Numbered from the stretch's first letter, positions 36,032 through 56,143 are shown. The stretch: DNA of 64,000 nucleotides from the human T2T-CHM13v2.0 reference genome, Homo sapiens (GCF_009914755.1 NC_060925.1); one strand, 5' to 3'. A program made the numbers and translations. The notes: generated from the sequence alone by a model not told the origin.

Positions 36032-37388
36032 CTATTCTTTGATAGCAGTTGGGAAGACAGATTAGTTTTGACTTTGTTACTTTAGATATTTAATGCTCTC
36101 CAGCCTTAAATTGAATATGGAATCATGACAGGAAGGAAGAGAGAGAGGAAGGCTACCAGAGTGGCCTGCTTTTCTCATATTTTACCATTGATGACCTAAC
36201 ACTAACCTATATTCCTAGGCTCATTCCTGGTTCATGTAAATGTGAAATCTAATCATTGGGGTTTTACATCATCCAGGTGGGCTTTGTACATACCAGGCTG
36301 GAAGGTATATTATTTTCTGAGTTTCAACTGTTTGTATAAGTATTTTCTTAATCTTTTATTTGATTTAGCCCTCTGTGTATCACAGTTCTTTGAGTCATAA
36401 GGTACTTAGACATGTATTACACCTAATCATGTGAATACTATGCTTCTAGAATACCACTGACTCTAATAAAACTCTTAGTTCATTACATTTGTCTCTTTGT
36501 GACTTCTGTAGATTCTATTAGGGTGCTTTGTGTATAGTTGTTTTCAATACATTTTTGTTGAATCAGTAAAAATATTTTAGTTAAAAAATAGAGCAATTGC
36601 TTACAGAATAATAACTCCTTTAGAAGGAGAAGGATTTCTGAAACCAGCTTCTTGGTTGTAACTTTGTGGTTCATTTGTTTGAACTATTTTTTTGAATCTC
36701 ACTACCAGTTGCATTAAAAACTATCACTTCAAGCCTCGTGTTATCTTAGAGAATATACTTAAAATGATTTCTCATTTTGTGTTAATTTATTTTCTCATTT
36801 AAATGAAAAAATATACCACAGACTGTGATGACACTGGGCAATCAACATTATGCCCAGGTAGGAGGCAGTTGAATAATGAAAATTTTAATACCCGATCATT
36901 TCTGTTTGAACATTGCTAAATATTCTTGTAAGAAGCTGTAACTATTTTTTTGTTTCCAGGAACCATATTGGAAATATGACTTATTTGCTTTTTTTTCTTT
37001 TAAGGAATCCTGTGTTACTAAATTTCAAATCTCTACTGGTTCAAATTTGGTAAATTCAGGATTTGACATTTCAGAGGATACTAAGCCCATTCTTCACACA
37101 ATCTGAGTTTTGTGCCCTTTTTAACAACTTTTCACTACTTCTTTACACTAATTCTTTTCTCAACCCAAACTGATTTACTTATTGCTTCCTTAAATTCTTA
37201 TATTTGGGGATATGCTTTTCTTTATTCCTCTATTTATTAATGCTTTCTTTTCCAAACTTACATAAAACTGTCTTTGAAGCATAGCCCAGTTCTTCTTGCC
37301 TTCATGAATTCAAGCTCGCTTACCTCATCCTGGAAAATATCTGTCTCCTCTGAATTTATTTTTCTACTCCTACATAATAGTTTTCAGA

Positions 37389-37590
37389 CACTGAGTCCTC
37401 ACTTGATGTCTTTGATAAGTTCTTGGAAACTGTGACTTTAAGCAAATTGATACACTGTATGCCGGAGAACCTTAACTGTTGTTTATATCAATTAGCTTAT
37501 AGTAAAATTGGCTTCTTTATACAGTGAGTTGTTTTGCTTATAATTGCAGTTTCCAAGAACCTATCAACAATGTTAAGTGAGGACTTACTG
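37389..37590. mobile_element. Tigger/TcMar-type MITE
   Basis: About 45-bp imperfect terminal inverted repeats (gtcctcacttgatg...ttcttggaaactg versus cagtttccaagaac...aagtgaggac); TA on the right flank. Confidence 0.75.
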
Positions 37591-38992
37591 TACCTATGCT
37601 ACTCCATACTGCTAATTAGATGTTTGTACGTGTCTCTTATTCTCCCAATGAGATTATATACTTCTTAGAGGCAAGAGCTATCATTTAATCTTCATGTTCC
37701 TCAATCCTGCTGCTTTTACTATGGTAGATATTCACTTATATATTTACTGTGTATGTTCTACCTATCAGGCACTATGCAAAGTGAGGACTTATATTGATAG
37801 AAATGATTTCTGCCTTCAGAAATCATTCAGTGGTTGAAAGAGAAGGGTAGATAAACTATTGCATTTCAGTGTAGTAAATGCCTTAATAAAGTTTTGATTA
37901 AGGTGCTGTGGACACATTGAAGATTAATGTTACAGATGAGGATTGAGCTTACAAATATATCTGCATAATTTCAGGACCATGATTATCAGAGATACTGGAG
38001 GAAGAAAGCAAGAAAGGCACTGAGTGCATTGTTCCTTATTTCTCTAATTTACTTAGACATATGCAGTAGCCCTATAACTTGAGAGAATAACTTAGCCATT
38101 GTAGTTATGATCTGTTAAAAAGTAAACAGAAACATTATATGAAATTATGCTTATTGGTAGACTATAAGAATGTTGATTTAATATGATAAATGAACACTTT
38201 TTGCCCAGTGTCCTCAGATAATAATATAAATATGAACCTGATTAATAATGTATTGTGACATGGTTACAAGCAGAATTTCACGTACTGTGGCAAACTTTTT
38301 TTAACATGTGTTGGGCAAATTTAAAATATTTTTAAGTAAGAAGTATAATAAACCCCAGTGTACCCATCATCCAGCTTTCACAGCATTTCATATGCTGCCA
38401 TTTTGTTTCATTTATACCTTTATCACCTTCTCACTCCCTGCTTCATTCTTATTTTTTTTAACAGCTTTTTAAAAGGTAAACTTTATATACATTAGAATGC
38501 ATAGATCTTAACTGTCCAGTTTTGGCAAATGGGTATCTCTCTCAAACCCACATCCTAATTATGATACAGAGTGTAGAGCATTCAGTCTCTACAGAAAACT
38601 TCATTTTCCTTCCTGCTTAATTAGTTATCCTAGCCACTGTTCTAAATTTTTTCCATCTAATCCATTAGATTAGCACCTGTCCTGGCTTTGCTCAATCCAA
38701 GGGTGCTTTCCCCTCTTCTGGGTCCCATTCACCTGTGGGTCAGTTTAATTATGTTACTAGATTGAGGTAGAATTCTTTTGTTGTTTGGAATAGTCTGAGA
38801 TATTACCATTTGGTGACATATAATTGCAGAGAATTGTCTGAAATATATTTTCTTATTTTTTAGCCCCGAATTAGAAATCTAATATCCTTGGAATATTTAA
38901 TTTTCAAACGATAGTTAGAAATGTTATTAACTTAGTCATAAGCTTTTCCAGTGTTACAAGCAAACTTATTGTAATTACTTATTTTTTTCCAG

Positions 38993-41100
38993 ATGAAACA
39001 GTTTCTTCTACTTTATTGGATACAAAGTGGAATAAGATTCTAGATCCCCCTTCTCACCGGCTGTCATTTAACCCTACTTTGGCCAGTGTGAATGAATCTG
39101 CAGTTTCTAATGAGTCACAACCACAACTGAAAGTCTTCTCCCTGGCTCATTCAGCTCCCCTGACCACAGAGGAAGAGGATCACTGTGCTAATGGACAGGA
39201 CTGTAATCTAAATCCAGAGATTGCCACAATGTGGATTGATGAAAATGCTGTTGCAGAAGACCAGTTAATTAAGAGAAACTATAGTTGGGATGATCAATGC
39301 AGTGCTGTTGAAGTGGGAGAGAAGAAATGTGGAAACCTGGCTTGTCTGCCAGATGAGAAGAATGTTCTTGTTGTAGCCGTCATGCATAACTGTGATAAAA
39401 GGACATTACAAAACGATTTACAGGATTGTAATAATTATAATAGTCAATCCCTTATGGATGCTTTTAGCTGTTCACTGGATAATGAAAACAGACAAACTGA
39501 TCAATTTAGTTTTAGTATAAATGAGTCCACTGAAAAAGATATGAATTCAGAGAAACAAATGGATCCATTGAATAGACCGAAAACAGAGGGGAGATCTGTT
39601 AACCATCTGTGTCCTACTTCATCTGATAGTCTAGCCAGTGTCTGTTCCCCTTCACAATTAAAGGATGACGGAAGTATAGGTAGAGACCCCTCCATGTCTG
39701 CGATTACAAGTTTAACGGTTGATTCAGTAATCTCATCCCAGGGAACAGATGGATGTCCTGCTGTTAAAAAGCAAGAGAACTATATACCAGATGAGGACCT
39801 CACTGGCAAAATCAGCTCTCCTAGGACAGATCTAGGGAGTCCAAATTCCTTTTCCCACATGAGTGAGGGGATTTTGATGAAAAAAGAGCCAGCAGAGGAG
39901 AGCACCACTGAAGAATCCCTCCGGTCTGGTTTACCTTTGCTTCTCAAACCAGACATGCCTAATGGGTCTGGAAGGAATAATGACTGTGAACGGTGTTCAG
40001 ATTGCCTTGTGCCTAATGAAGTTAGGGCTGATGAAAATGAAGGTTATGAACATGAAGAAACTCTTGGCACTACAGAATTCCTTAATATGACAGAGCATTT
40101 CTCTGAATCTCAGGACATGACTAATTGGAAGTTGACTAAACTAAATGAGATGAATGATAGCCAAGTAAACGAAGAAAAGGAAAAGTTTCTACAGATTAGT
40201 CAGCCTGAGGACACTAATGGTGATAGTGGAGGACAGTGTGTTGGATTGGCAGATGCAGGTCTAGATTTAAAAGGAACTTGCATTAGTGAAAGTGAAGAAT
40301 GTGATTTCTCCACTGTTATAGACACACCAGCAGCAAATTATCTATCTAATGGTTGTGATTCCTATGGAATGCAAGACCCAGGTGTTTCTTTTGTTCCAAA
40401 GACTTTACCCTCCAAAGAAGATTCAGTAACAGAAGAAAAAGAAATAGAGGAAAGCAAGTCAGAATGCTACTCAAATATTTATGAACAGAGAGGAAATGAG
40501 GCCACAGAAGGGAGTGGACTACTTTTAAACAGCACTGGTGACCTAATGAAGAAAAATTATTTACATAATTTCTGTAGTCAAGTTCCATCAGTGCTTGGGC
40601 AATCTTCCCCCAAGGTAGTAGCAAGCCTGCCATCTATCAGTGTTCCTTTTGGTGGTGCAAGACCCAAGCAACCTTCTAATCTTAAACTTCAAATTCCAAA
40701 GCCATTATCAGACCATTTACAAAATGACTTTCCTGCAAACAGTGGAAATAATACTAAAAATAAAAATGATATTCTTGGGAAAGCAAAATTAGGGGAAAAC
40801 TCAGCAACCAATGTATGCAGTCCATCTTTGGGAAACATCTCTAATGTCGATACAAATGGGGAACATTTAGAAAGTTATGAGGCTGAGATCTCCACTAGAC
40901 CATGCCTTGCATTAGCTCCAGATAGCCCAGATAATGATCTCAGAGCTGGTCAGTTTGGAATTTCTGCCAGAAAGCCATTCACCACTCTGGGTGAGGTGGC
41001 TCCAGTATGGGTACCGGATTCTCAGGCTCCAAATTGCATGAAATGTGAAGCCAGGTTTACATTCACCAAAAGGAGGCATCACTGCAGAGCATGTGGGAAG
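38993..41100 (+). CDS. ZFYVE9: ZFYVE9/SARA large coding exon (2108 nt, codons 24-726): acidic low-complexity N-terminal region and first half of the FYVE zinc finger
   Basis: Acceptor ttttttccag|AT, donor AAG|gtaagt; open frame throughout (track ORF 39016-41184); FYVE signatures WVPD, CMKC and RRHHCRACG at the end. Confidence 0.97.
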
Positions 41101-42464
41101 GTAAGTTGCATGTATACACTCAGAAATCGGGCATGCACATTTTGTAATGCTGAATTAAATAGTAATAAAGGCAATGTAAGGTGAATATATGTCTGGTTGA
41201 GTTGACCTAAATAGCATTTTTGAAAACCCAGTTCTAGTAAATTTCTATATAAAAAATGATGTCACTGATTCTTAGATAGTATTTGTAATTTTTTTTGTTG
41301 CCACGATTTATGCTGAATCAGTTTTTATGAAGAGATGAGAATTGAGGAAGTGTAAACTTTGTGGTTTCTGTATTGATAGCTACTTGGTTAATGTAATAGT
41401 TTGAAATAAGGAAGTTATTCTTTCAGTTTAGGAAATATTTGTCATTAACTTATTGCATTATTTATTGAAAAATGCATTTAAATACAAAAAATAAAAATAA
41501 AAATTACATTTAATTGTTGAAAAATATTACACATAGAATCCATCCTACTTTTTTCTGTGAGATTTTTGCCATTATACAAAACATTCTGGAACTCTTTATA
41601 CACATGCACACATATTTTTGTCTTTTCTCCCATATAACTTTGATACAAAGTAGAGTTGAAGTCTGTAGATTTTTATGACAAGGTTGTAAGAATGATATTC
41701 CTTAGCTCTCCCCAAATTTTGTTAGCTAAAAACACATCTTTTTTGTTTGTTTGTTTAGAGTTGTAAATAAGGAAGGAAGGAGATTTTATATTTTTGAGAT
41801 ATGGTGTCAGGTCTAGAATAAAATTTCAGCTTTGTTACTATTAATTATATAACTTTACTAAGCCTTAGTTTTATAATCTGTAAAAACAAACCAAAAAAGA
41901 TTAATAACTTTTATTGGGCTGTTGTCAAGATTAAATGAGATCTCAGAAGTCATAGTGCTCAATGATTAATCTCTACCTCCCTTCTTGCCTGATTTTTTGG
42001 TCCATCTGTATTAATTAGGGTGCTTTCAACTTCAAGGAACAGAGTGTTTGACCCCCCAGTGACTTAGGTGAAAATAACATTTATTTCATGTAAACAGAAG
42101 CTATGAGACTCAGTGATTTATGTCTGGGTGCAGAGACAGGATCGTGGAAGTTCTCTCGGTCTTCCCCTCATGTCAGAAGATAGTATCTCAGTTCTAATTA
42201 TCGGGTCTCAACCTGACAACTTCCTAAGCACAAAGAAACTGGCTGGGGGGCAAAAGAGCCTACTCTACTCTTGGCACCCTCTTATCAGGGAGGAAGGGAC
42301 CTCCAGCAACTTCCTTTAATTTATTGGCCAATTTTAGACCATAACCAATTACAGGCAAAGGGGACTGGGATTATCTAATCAATCATGATTTATCTCCTGG
42401 GGCTGAGCACAGTGTTGCCTGAAAAAAAGTGGGATTCTGTTAACAAAGGAGAAGGGGAAGTAGT

Positions 42465-42715
42465 GATATGTAGGATGAGTAAGTCTAGACGTCTAATGTA
42501 CTACATGAGGACTATGCATAATAAAATCATACTATATTTGGGATTCTTGCAAAATGAGTAGATTTTGGTTCCTCTTGCCACAAAAATGGGTAACTGTGTG
42601 AGACAATAGATAGGTTAATTTGCTTCACTATAGTAACCTTTTTACTGTCTGGATGTATCTCATAACATCATGTTGTATACCTTAAATGTATACAATAAAA
42701 TTTATTTTAAAAAAA
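42465..42715 (+). mobile_element. L1MA/MB 3' end fragment
   Basis: ataacatcatgttgtataccttaaatgtatacaataaa with an A-rich end. Confidence 0.65.
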
Positions 42716-43664
42716 GGAGAGGAGGAAAATGGTTCCTAGGTGAGCAGTCACTAAGGTTTACTAGAAGATCCTAGCACAAAAGAACCAAATTACAGGGAGC
42801 AGAAAGAAGCTAAAGCTGACACTGGGCTTGTTGGTCTCTGATTGCTAAAGTTTGAAGAAAATAATATGTCTAATTCCTAAATATTTTCCAGTCTTCTTCT
42901 TGTTAGCTGAAGTACTATTTGTAGATTAGGTTCATCATTTTTATGTTGTTCTGTATTTTGCTTACTGTAACACTTTCTGAAGTGTTTGCTTTCTTAAGTA
43001 AATAATGAAAACATTTTTGGTATAGGCCAGCACATCCAGCTATAATGAGTAAATAGGTACCTTAGATGGATTCAGAAAGAAAATGATGCACAAAATGCAT
43101 CATAAATTGCAAAATGGTTGGAATTTTTGCTGAGTAGAATTTGTGGAATTTATGAATTCATGGATTCATGTGGCTTATGGATTCATAATTTCATCTTTTT
43201 CCCTCGTTTACCTTAGAGATGTTATAAGTATTAATGAGATAATATCTGTAAAAATCCTTGAGCTTCTCAGAAGAAAAGGGCTTATAAACATAGATACTAA
43301 TTGGATTATGCTGAGAATGCAGCTAGAAAAATACCCCAAATAATGTTATATATTGAAAAAAAGAAAGTTTGTTCCATTTCAGTAGAAATTAAGCATACGT
43401 AGTAATTACTTAATATTTATAGCTATATTCCCTTTACTGCAACAAGCATATATTGTGTCTAATATATAAAAGGTTCTAGGCTAGGTAATGGGGATTCAGA
43501 GGTATATAAATTGGAATTTATGATGTCATGGCAATCTTTTTTTTTTTTTTTTTTTTTTTTGAGACAGAGTCTCTGTTGCCCAGGCTGGAGTGTATGGCGT
43601 GATCTCAGTTCACTGCAACCTCTGCCTCCTGGGCTCAGGCAATTCTCCTGCCTCAGCCTCCTGA

Positions 43665-43844
<180 letters not shown>

Positions 43845-44419
43845 TGACTTTCTAATTATGATTTCATTTATGTCTTATCTAAGTTTATTATTTGTTTTTG
43901 TAATTCAGTTCCAAGCTTGATGAGGGTAAGGATTTTTTCTGCCTTGATTGCTGCTGTATCCTCAGCCCTAGAACATACGGGTGCTCAGTAGATATTTGTT
44001 AGATGAATTAAACAATAAGTGAATACTGTTTCTTAATGCAGCAGTACTTTTTTTTTTTTTAAATCCAGTGCCTTCAATCTTTAGATGATGGTATCAAATT
44101 TAGATATAACGGGTGTAAGAACTTTGGAAAATATTTTAAATTAGTCATGTGTATTGTTCCTACTTAAGAACAGATTCAAACCAAAATGTTTCTTTCCCTA
44201 GTTTCTTATGTACTGATGGGAATGAATAGATATGAGAGTAGTAAGTAGCTGCTTTAGAATATTACATGGCAATTCACAGTTTCCCTCATACTTTGCATGA
44301 AAATCTGTCTTGCCTTGTAATTGATATTGTGATTTTAGCCATCTGGCATGAAAAAAACAGAACCAACATTTAGATTAATCTTGGTTTCTAGTGAAGCTGA
44401 ACCCAGGGAAATATTTTCC

Positions 44420-46080
44420 ATTACACACCCTCTGAAAGGCTGTATTGGTTAAAAGTGGTCTCATCCATGTCATAGCACTTATCATGCAGTATTGTCTTTG
44501 TCTTTGTTCCCCATTAGGCTGTAAAGATCTTGAGATTGCCTCTGATTTGTCTTTGTATCCAGCATCCAGCACAAATACCTGGCACCTATGAAGTACTCAA
44601 TAAATGTTTGTTAATGAGTGAGTAAATGAGTCTCAGATCATTGATTAATTCAACAAACACTGAGTGCCTGTTATTTGTCTGTCACTGTGCTGGGTGCCGA
44701 GCTTACACCAATGATGTTGTGCTCCCCACCCTCATGGTATGTAAAGATTAGGCCAGTGACAAAAACAAAACAAAACAAAAAAACATGATTTGTGGCAAGG
44801 GCGATGAAGGAGATAAGGAGGGATAATATAAAAAATGGGGGTGGGAGAAGAAGGTATGAGAAGACATCTGAGAAGTGACATAGTTCAAGGTTGACACATC
44901 AAGGTTGACACATAAAGGTGGAGGAGTCAGTTCTTCAAAGAACAGAGAAAAATGCTGCAGGAAGTAGAACAGCATGGACAAAGTCATTGAGGTTAAGAAG
45001 GCACCTATTCAACAAACTGAAGGAACTCCTGCAGGAAGTAGAACAGCATGGACAAAGTCATTGAGGTTAAGAAGGCACCTATTCAACAAACTGAAGGAAC
45101 TCCAGTATAGTGAACGAGGGAAGAGTCACATAAAAAGAGATGGGAAAGCAGGTGGGGTGGCACAGGCCTGTTGTCCCAGCTACTCCATAGGCTGAGCATG
45201 TTATGATCATGTCTATGAATAGCCACTGTACTCCAGCCAGAGTGACAGAGCTGAGACCCCATCTCCACTAAAAAAAAAAAAATGCTGATGAGGAAGTTAA
45301 GGAATAGATGATGCAGAGCTTTGCAGGTCATGTAAGGAGCACAGTGGGAAGCCATGGGAGTGGATGAGATTACCAAGGGAAGAGAATAGACTCAGGGCTG
45401 AGCCCATGTGGTCAAGCAGAGGAGGACCCAGTACCAGTTGCCAAGGAGTGAGCGGAGAGGTAAATAGAAAACCAGGAAAATATGGTCTCTTGGAAGTCAA
45501 AAGAGGAATGTAGTTTGTGAAAGGGTTTATCACCTATATAAAATACTGTCAGTAAGATATGGACAGGAAAGGGACCATTGGACTTGGCTATAACAGGGTC
45601 ATTGAAAAAAGCTGATTGAGTGGAGCAATGTTTACAGAAGCCAGATGGGAATGGGTTGAAAGTGGAATATGAAGGGAGGAAGTGGTGATGGCTTTTTCAA
45701 GAACTTTTGCCATGAAAACAGAAAAAAATTGTAGCAATTATTAGATGGAGATGGTGGTTATGGATGCCTTTTTGGAGGATGGGAAATACTGTTGTATTTT
45801 TATAGTGGTATGGGTGATTCTCTAGAAAAGAAGTTTTAGGAGAAAGGGAGGATTAAACAAAGGAAGAGAAAAATCCTTGAGAAGGCCAAAGGGATGGGAT
45901 CTACAACATGTTGAGGATTTGCTCTTCAGTGGGTGGGGCTAGACAGAGGTTGGTTTATGAAGTTAGTGGTGAGAGCATGAAGAAATTTACACCTGATTGG
46001 CTTATACTTCATATAGAAAATATAAACATTGTGAAGGGTGAAATAGGGATAGATGATGAAGGTTTGAGGAGAGTGAGATA
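44420..46080. mobile_element. Degraded L2 fragments
   Basis: L2 3' end motifs (tactcaataaatgtttgttaatgagtgag; ttcaacaaacactgagtgcc) and a purine-rich L2-like body. Boundaries approximate. Confidence 0.55.
44955..45102. repeat. Perfect 74-bp tandem duplication
   Basis: CTGCAGGAAGTAGAAC...CTGAAGGAACTC at 44955-45028 and 45029-45102. Confidence 0.95.
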
Positions 46081-47948
46081 GTTACATTGGAGAGGAAAAG
46101 TAAAGCCTAATAGTGAATTGAAATTTCAAGAGCCCTTTGTGCTTGGCATCAAACTTTCAGTCAGTTAGATGAATTAAAAAATAATCTAGTCCAGTCCTGA
46201 CTTAATGGGTTAGAATCAGTATTTATCCTTGGAGATATGATGAAATTGTTATATTATCTTTGCGATACAAGCATTTTAGTTTGGAGAAGCAAGAAGAGTT
46301 CTGTAGGACCCGTCTGTGCTACTACCTGTCTACCTATTTCCATGTATTTGTTCTTTTTTAAAACAATTTAAAAAAACTTTTAGCTGGATGCAGTGGCTCA
46401 TGCCTGTAATCTCAGCACTTTGGGAGGCTGAGGCAAGTGGATAGCTTGAGATCATGAGTTCGAGACCAGCCTGGCCAATATGGTGAAACCTCATCTCTGC
46501 TAAAAATACAAAAATTAGCTGGGCGTGGTGGCAGGGGCCTGTAATGCCAGCTACTCAGGAGGCTGAGGCACGAGAATTATTTGAACCCAGGAGGCAGAGG
46601 TTGCAGTGAGCCGAGATCGAGATCACGCCACTGCACTCCAGCCTGGGTGACAGAGAGAGACTCTGTCTCAAAAAAAAAAAAAATTATGACATATTATTTG
46701 TTCTTTCATTCAGTGAGCATTTACTTATTGCTTGGTATTCTGTTTTTTACTAAAGAGAAGCAAAAAGAAAAAAAAAAAGGAAAAGAATGGGCCTCCTGGT
46801 AAAACATACCACTCATGTTACTGTAGATGACTTAAAGATATAAAATGAGAAATGAACAGTTACAAAGCTGCAGATGCTCTGCAGTGGGAAGCAGATAGAT
46901 TGTGGTGGTGGTGGTGGTTGTGAGGAGAATGAGATACTAATATTTATTGAGTGTTTACCATGTGCCAGGCGCTTTTCTAAATCCAGACTTACAGACTTTA
47001 TTTAATACACATAACAACCCTATGAAGTAGCTAGCTACTGTTAAAATCCACATTTACAAGTGACAAAATAGGCCTAGAAAGATTAAGTAACTTGTTCAAA
47101 ATCACACAGCCAGTAAGTGAAGTTACGATTCAAACTCAGGGACTTTGACTTCTAGAACCAAAAGGGAGCTAGCATTTGTTTAGTGCCTATTCTGTGCTTT
47201 ATTTATTATCTAACTTAATCTTCCTGGTAAACCTGTGTGATAGTTGATGGTATCCCTAATTAACATTGAAGAAACTGATACGGTAGGACCCTGACACAGT
47301 CTTGCTAGCTGTATAACTCATGCTCTTTCCCATAAATAAAGTTGAGAGAATAAAACAAATAGGTTTCTTTATGGTGATCTTTATGTTATTTTCTTTGCAT
47401 TTCTGAGAGAAATGTCTGCATTTATGCCATAATTTTTATTTTTAATTTTTGGAGACAGGGTCTCACTCTGTCGCCCAGGCTGGAGTGCAGTGATGCAATC
47501 TCAACTGACTGCAGCCTCTACTTCCTGGGCCCAGGCAATTATCCCACCTCAGCCTCCTGAGCAGCTGGGACTACAGGCACACACCACCACACCCAGCTAA
47601 TTTTTGTATTTTTTGGTAGAGACAGGATTTCACCGTGTTGCCTGGGCTAGTCTCAAAACTCCTGGGCTCTACTGATACATCAGCCTTGGCCTCCCAAAGT
47701 GCTGGGATTACAGGTGTGAGCCACCATGCCTGGCCTTTATGCCGTAATTTTTAAAACAAATGCCTTAAATACTATTTCAAAAAGAAAGATGAAAAATATC
47801 TAACATTTTATTAGATATAAATTTTTATTTTGAATAGTTATGTGTTAAATTAGTTGCAGTTTATTTTTGGGTAACTTGAGTTGAAGTCATTTTTGTTTAA
47901 CATTTGAGAATTTAGATGTGAATAGAGAATAACCTTCATAAAATCTGA

Positions 47949-48337
<389 letters not shown>

Positions 48338-48340
48338 TAA

Positions 48341-48523
<183 letters not shown>

Positions 48524-48879
48524 TAAAAAATTTAATGTTGCCCAGGCTGGTCTCGAAATCCTGGGCTCAAGGGATCCTCTTCACCTCGGCCTCCCCAAGT
48601 GTTGGGATTATATGTGTGAGCCACTGCTCCTGGCTGCCTTTGATTTTAAAACATGGCCACTGGTTGGGCTCCTTGGGAAGCAGAAAGGTAGTAGTAGGCC
48701 CTCACTCAGTACCAAATGTTATTAACAGATAACTTAGGTGCAAAGTGGGATAAAACACATGTAGCTAGAAAATGTTTGCACTAAGTTCATGCTATTTTTT
48801 GTTTTTTTGCATCTCTTCTCCTGAAAGCCATCTCCCTTTCAATATCTAGTCTGCTGATACATTCTAAATACTAGTCACA

Positions 48880-53460
<4,581 letters not shown>

Positions 53461-53464
53461 AAGT

Positions 53465-54390
<926 letters not shown>

Positions 54391-54498
54391 CACTGGATTA
54401 TAATTTTTTTAAACAAGAGGATTATTTGAAAAACAGTCTAGGTGCGGTGGCTCACGCCTGTAATCCCAGCACTTTGGGAGGCCAAGGCAGGCAGATCA

Positions 54499-54780
<282 letters not shown>

Positions 54781-55017
54781 TTACAGCATCTACATTAGTT
54801 TTTAAAACCATCACATTTTCAATATATAAATGGGCAAAAAGATGTTTAGATGGGTTAGTAAACAATGGAGAAATATTTTAATTTACTAGATACTAAGAGG
54901 TAGAAATTAAAATTTTTAAAATTTTATGCCTATATAACAAAAAATAGAAAATGTTGATAGTATGATAGATAGTGAAATTGACACTGGCATATTTACACAT
55001 TTAAAAAGCCACACGTG

Positions 55018-55895
55018 GGTCGCTGGGGAACCCAGGCTGTCCTAGGAAGCCGAGTGGGAGTGGCACAGAGCTGCTGGAGATCCTGAGAACCTGAGTTTTG
55101 GCAAGCAGCCAGAATACTTAAAAAATGACCACACCAAACAAGGCACCTCCTGGTACTGACCCTGAGCAGTTGGAAAAGACTGGAACAGTACGGGAAATTG
55201 GGTCACAAGCTGTTTGGTCACTCTCATCTTGCAAACCAGGATTTGGAGTGGATCAGTTACGAGATGACAATCTAGAAACTTATTGGCAATCAGATGGCTC
55301 CCAGCCTCATTTAGTGAACATCCAATTCAGAAGAAAAACAACAGTTAAGACATTATATATTTATGCAGACTACAAATCTGATGAAAGCTATACTCCAAGC
55401 AAGATTTCAGCCAAAGTAGGAAATAATTTTCACAACCTTCAAGAAATTCGGCAACTTGAATTGGTGGAACCAAGTGGCTGGATTCATATTCCCTTAACTG
55501 ATAATCATAGGAAGCCAACTTGGACGTTAATGATACAGATTGCTGTTCTAGCCAGTCATCAAAATGGAAAAGACACCCACCCATATGAGACAAATTAAAA
55601 TATACACACTGGTAGAAGAGAGCGCCATTGGTAAATTTCCTAGATGTACAACTATAGATTTCATGATGTATTGTTCAATAAGGTGACTTTAAAATGATAT
55701 GGAAGTCATTAAACGTATCTTTGTTTTATCCTGTCTTTAAATAGTATATCAGTTACCTTTATTGAAAAAAACATCAGTTATTTGCAACTTTATATATATT
55801 TAAAAATATTTTATTGTAATTTTGATAAATTTGGGTCATATTATCTTTAACATGTAATAAAGCTCACATATTTTACATTACTAAAAAAAAAAAAA
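55018..55895 (+). pseudogene. ANAPC10P1: ANAPC10 (APC10/DOC1) processed pseudogene
   Basis: Intronless ORF 55125-55598 (MTTPNK...WSLSSCKPGFGVDQLRDDNLETYWQSDGSQPH); frameshift near 55575; ancestral stop at 55684-55686; AATAAA at 55856-55861; poly(A) at 55883-55900; TSD AAAAAGCCACACGTG / AAAAAGCCATATGTG. Confidence 0.95.
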
Positions 55896-56143
55896 AAAAA
55901 GCCATATGTGTGGCTGGGCGTGGTGGCTCACACCTGTAAATCCTAGCACTCTGGGAGGCCGAGGCAGGCAGATCGCTTGAGCCCAGGAGTTCAAGAGCAG
56001 TGTGGGCAACATGGCAAGACCTCATCTCTGCCAAACAAAAGGGGACGTATGTTCCAATTTTTTGAGCTAATGATTCCTTTTTTGAGTAAATAATTCTTAA
56101 AACAAGTGCAGTAAACAAAAAGATGTGTATTTTAGTGTTACTA

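Noticed and set aside
39016-41184. 722-aa track ORF as a stand-alone single-exon gene
   Set aside because: It starts at a TTG inside an exon and runs past a consensus donor; it is an internal ZFYVE9 exon.
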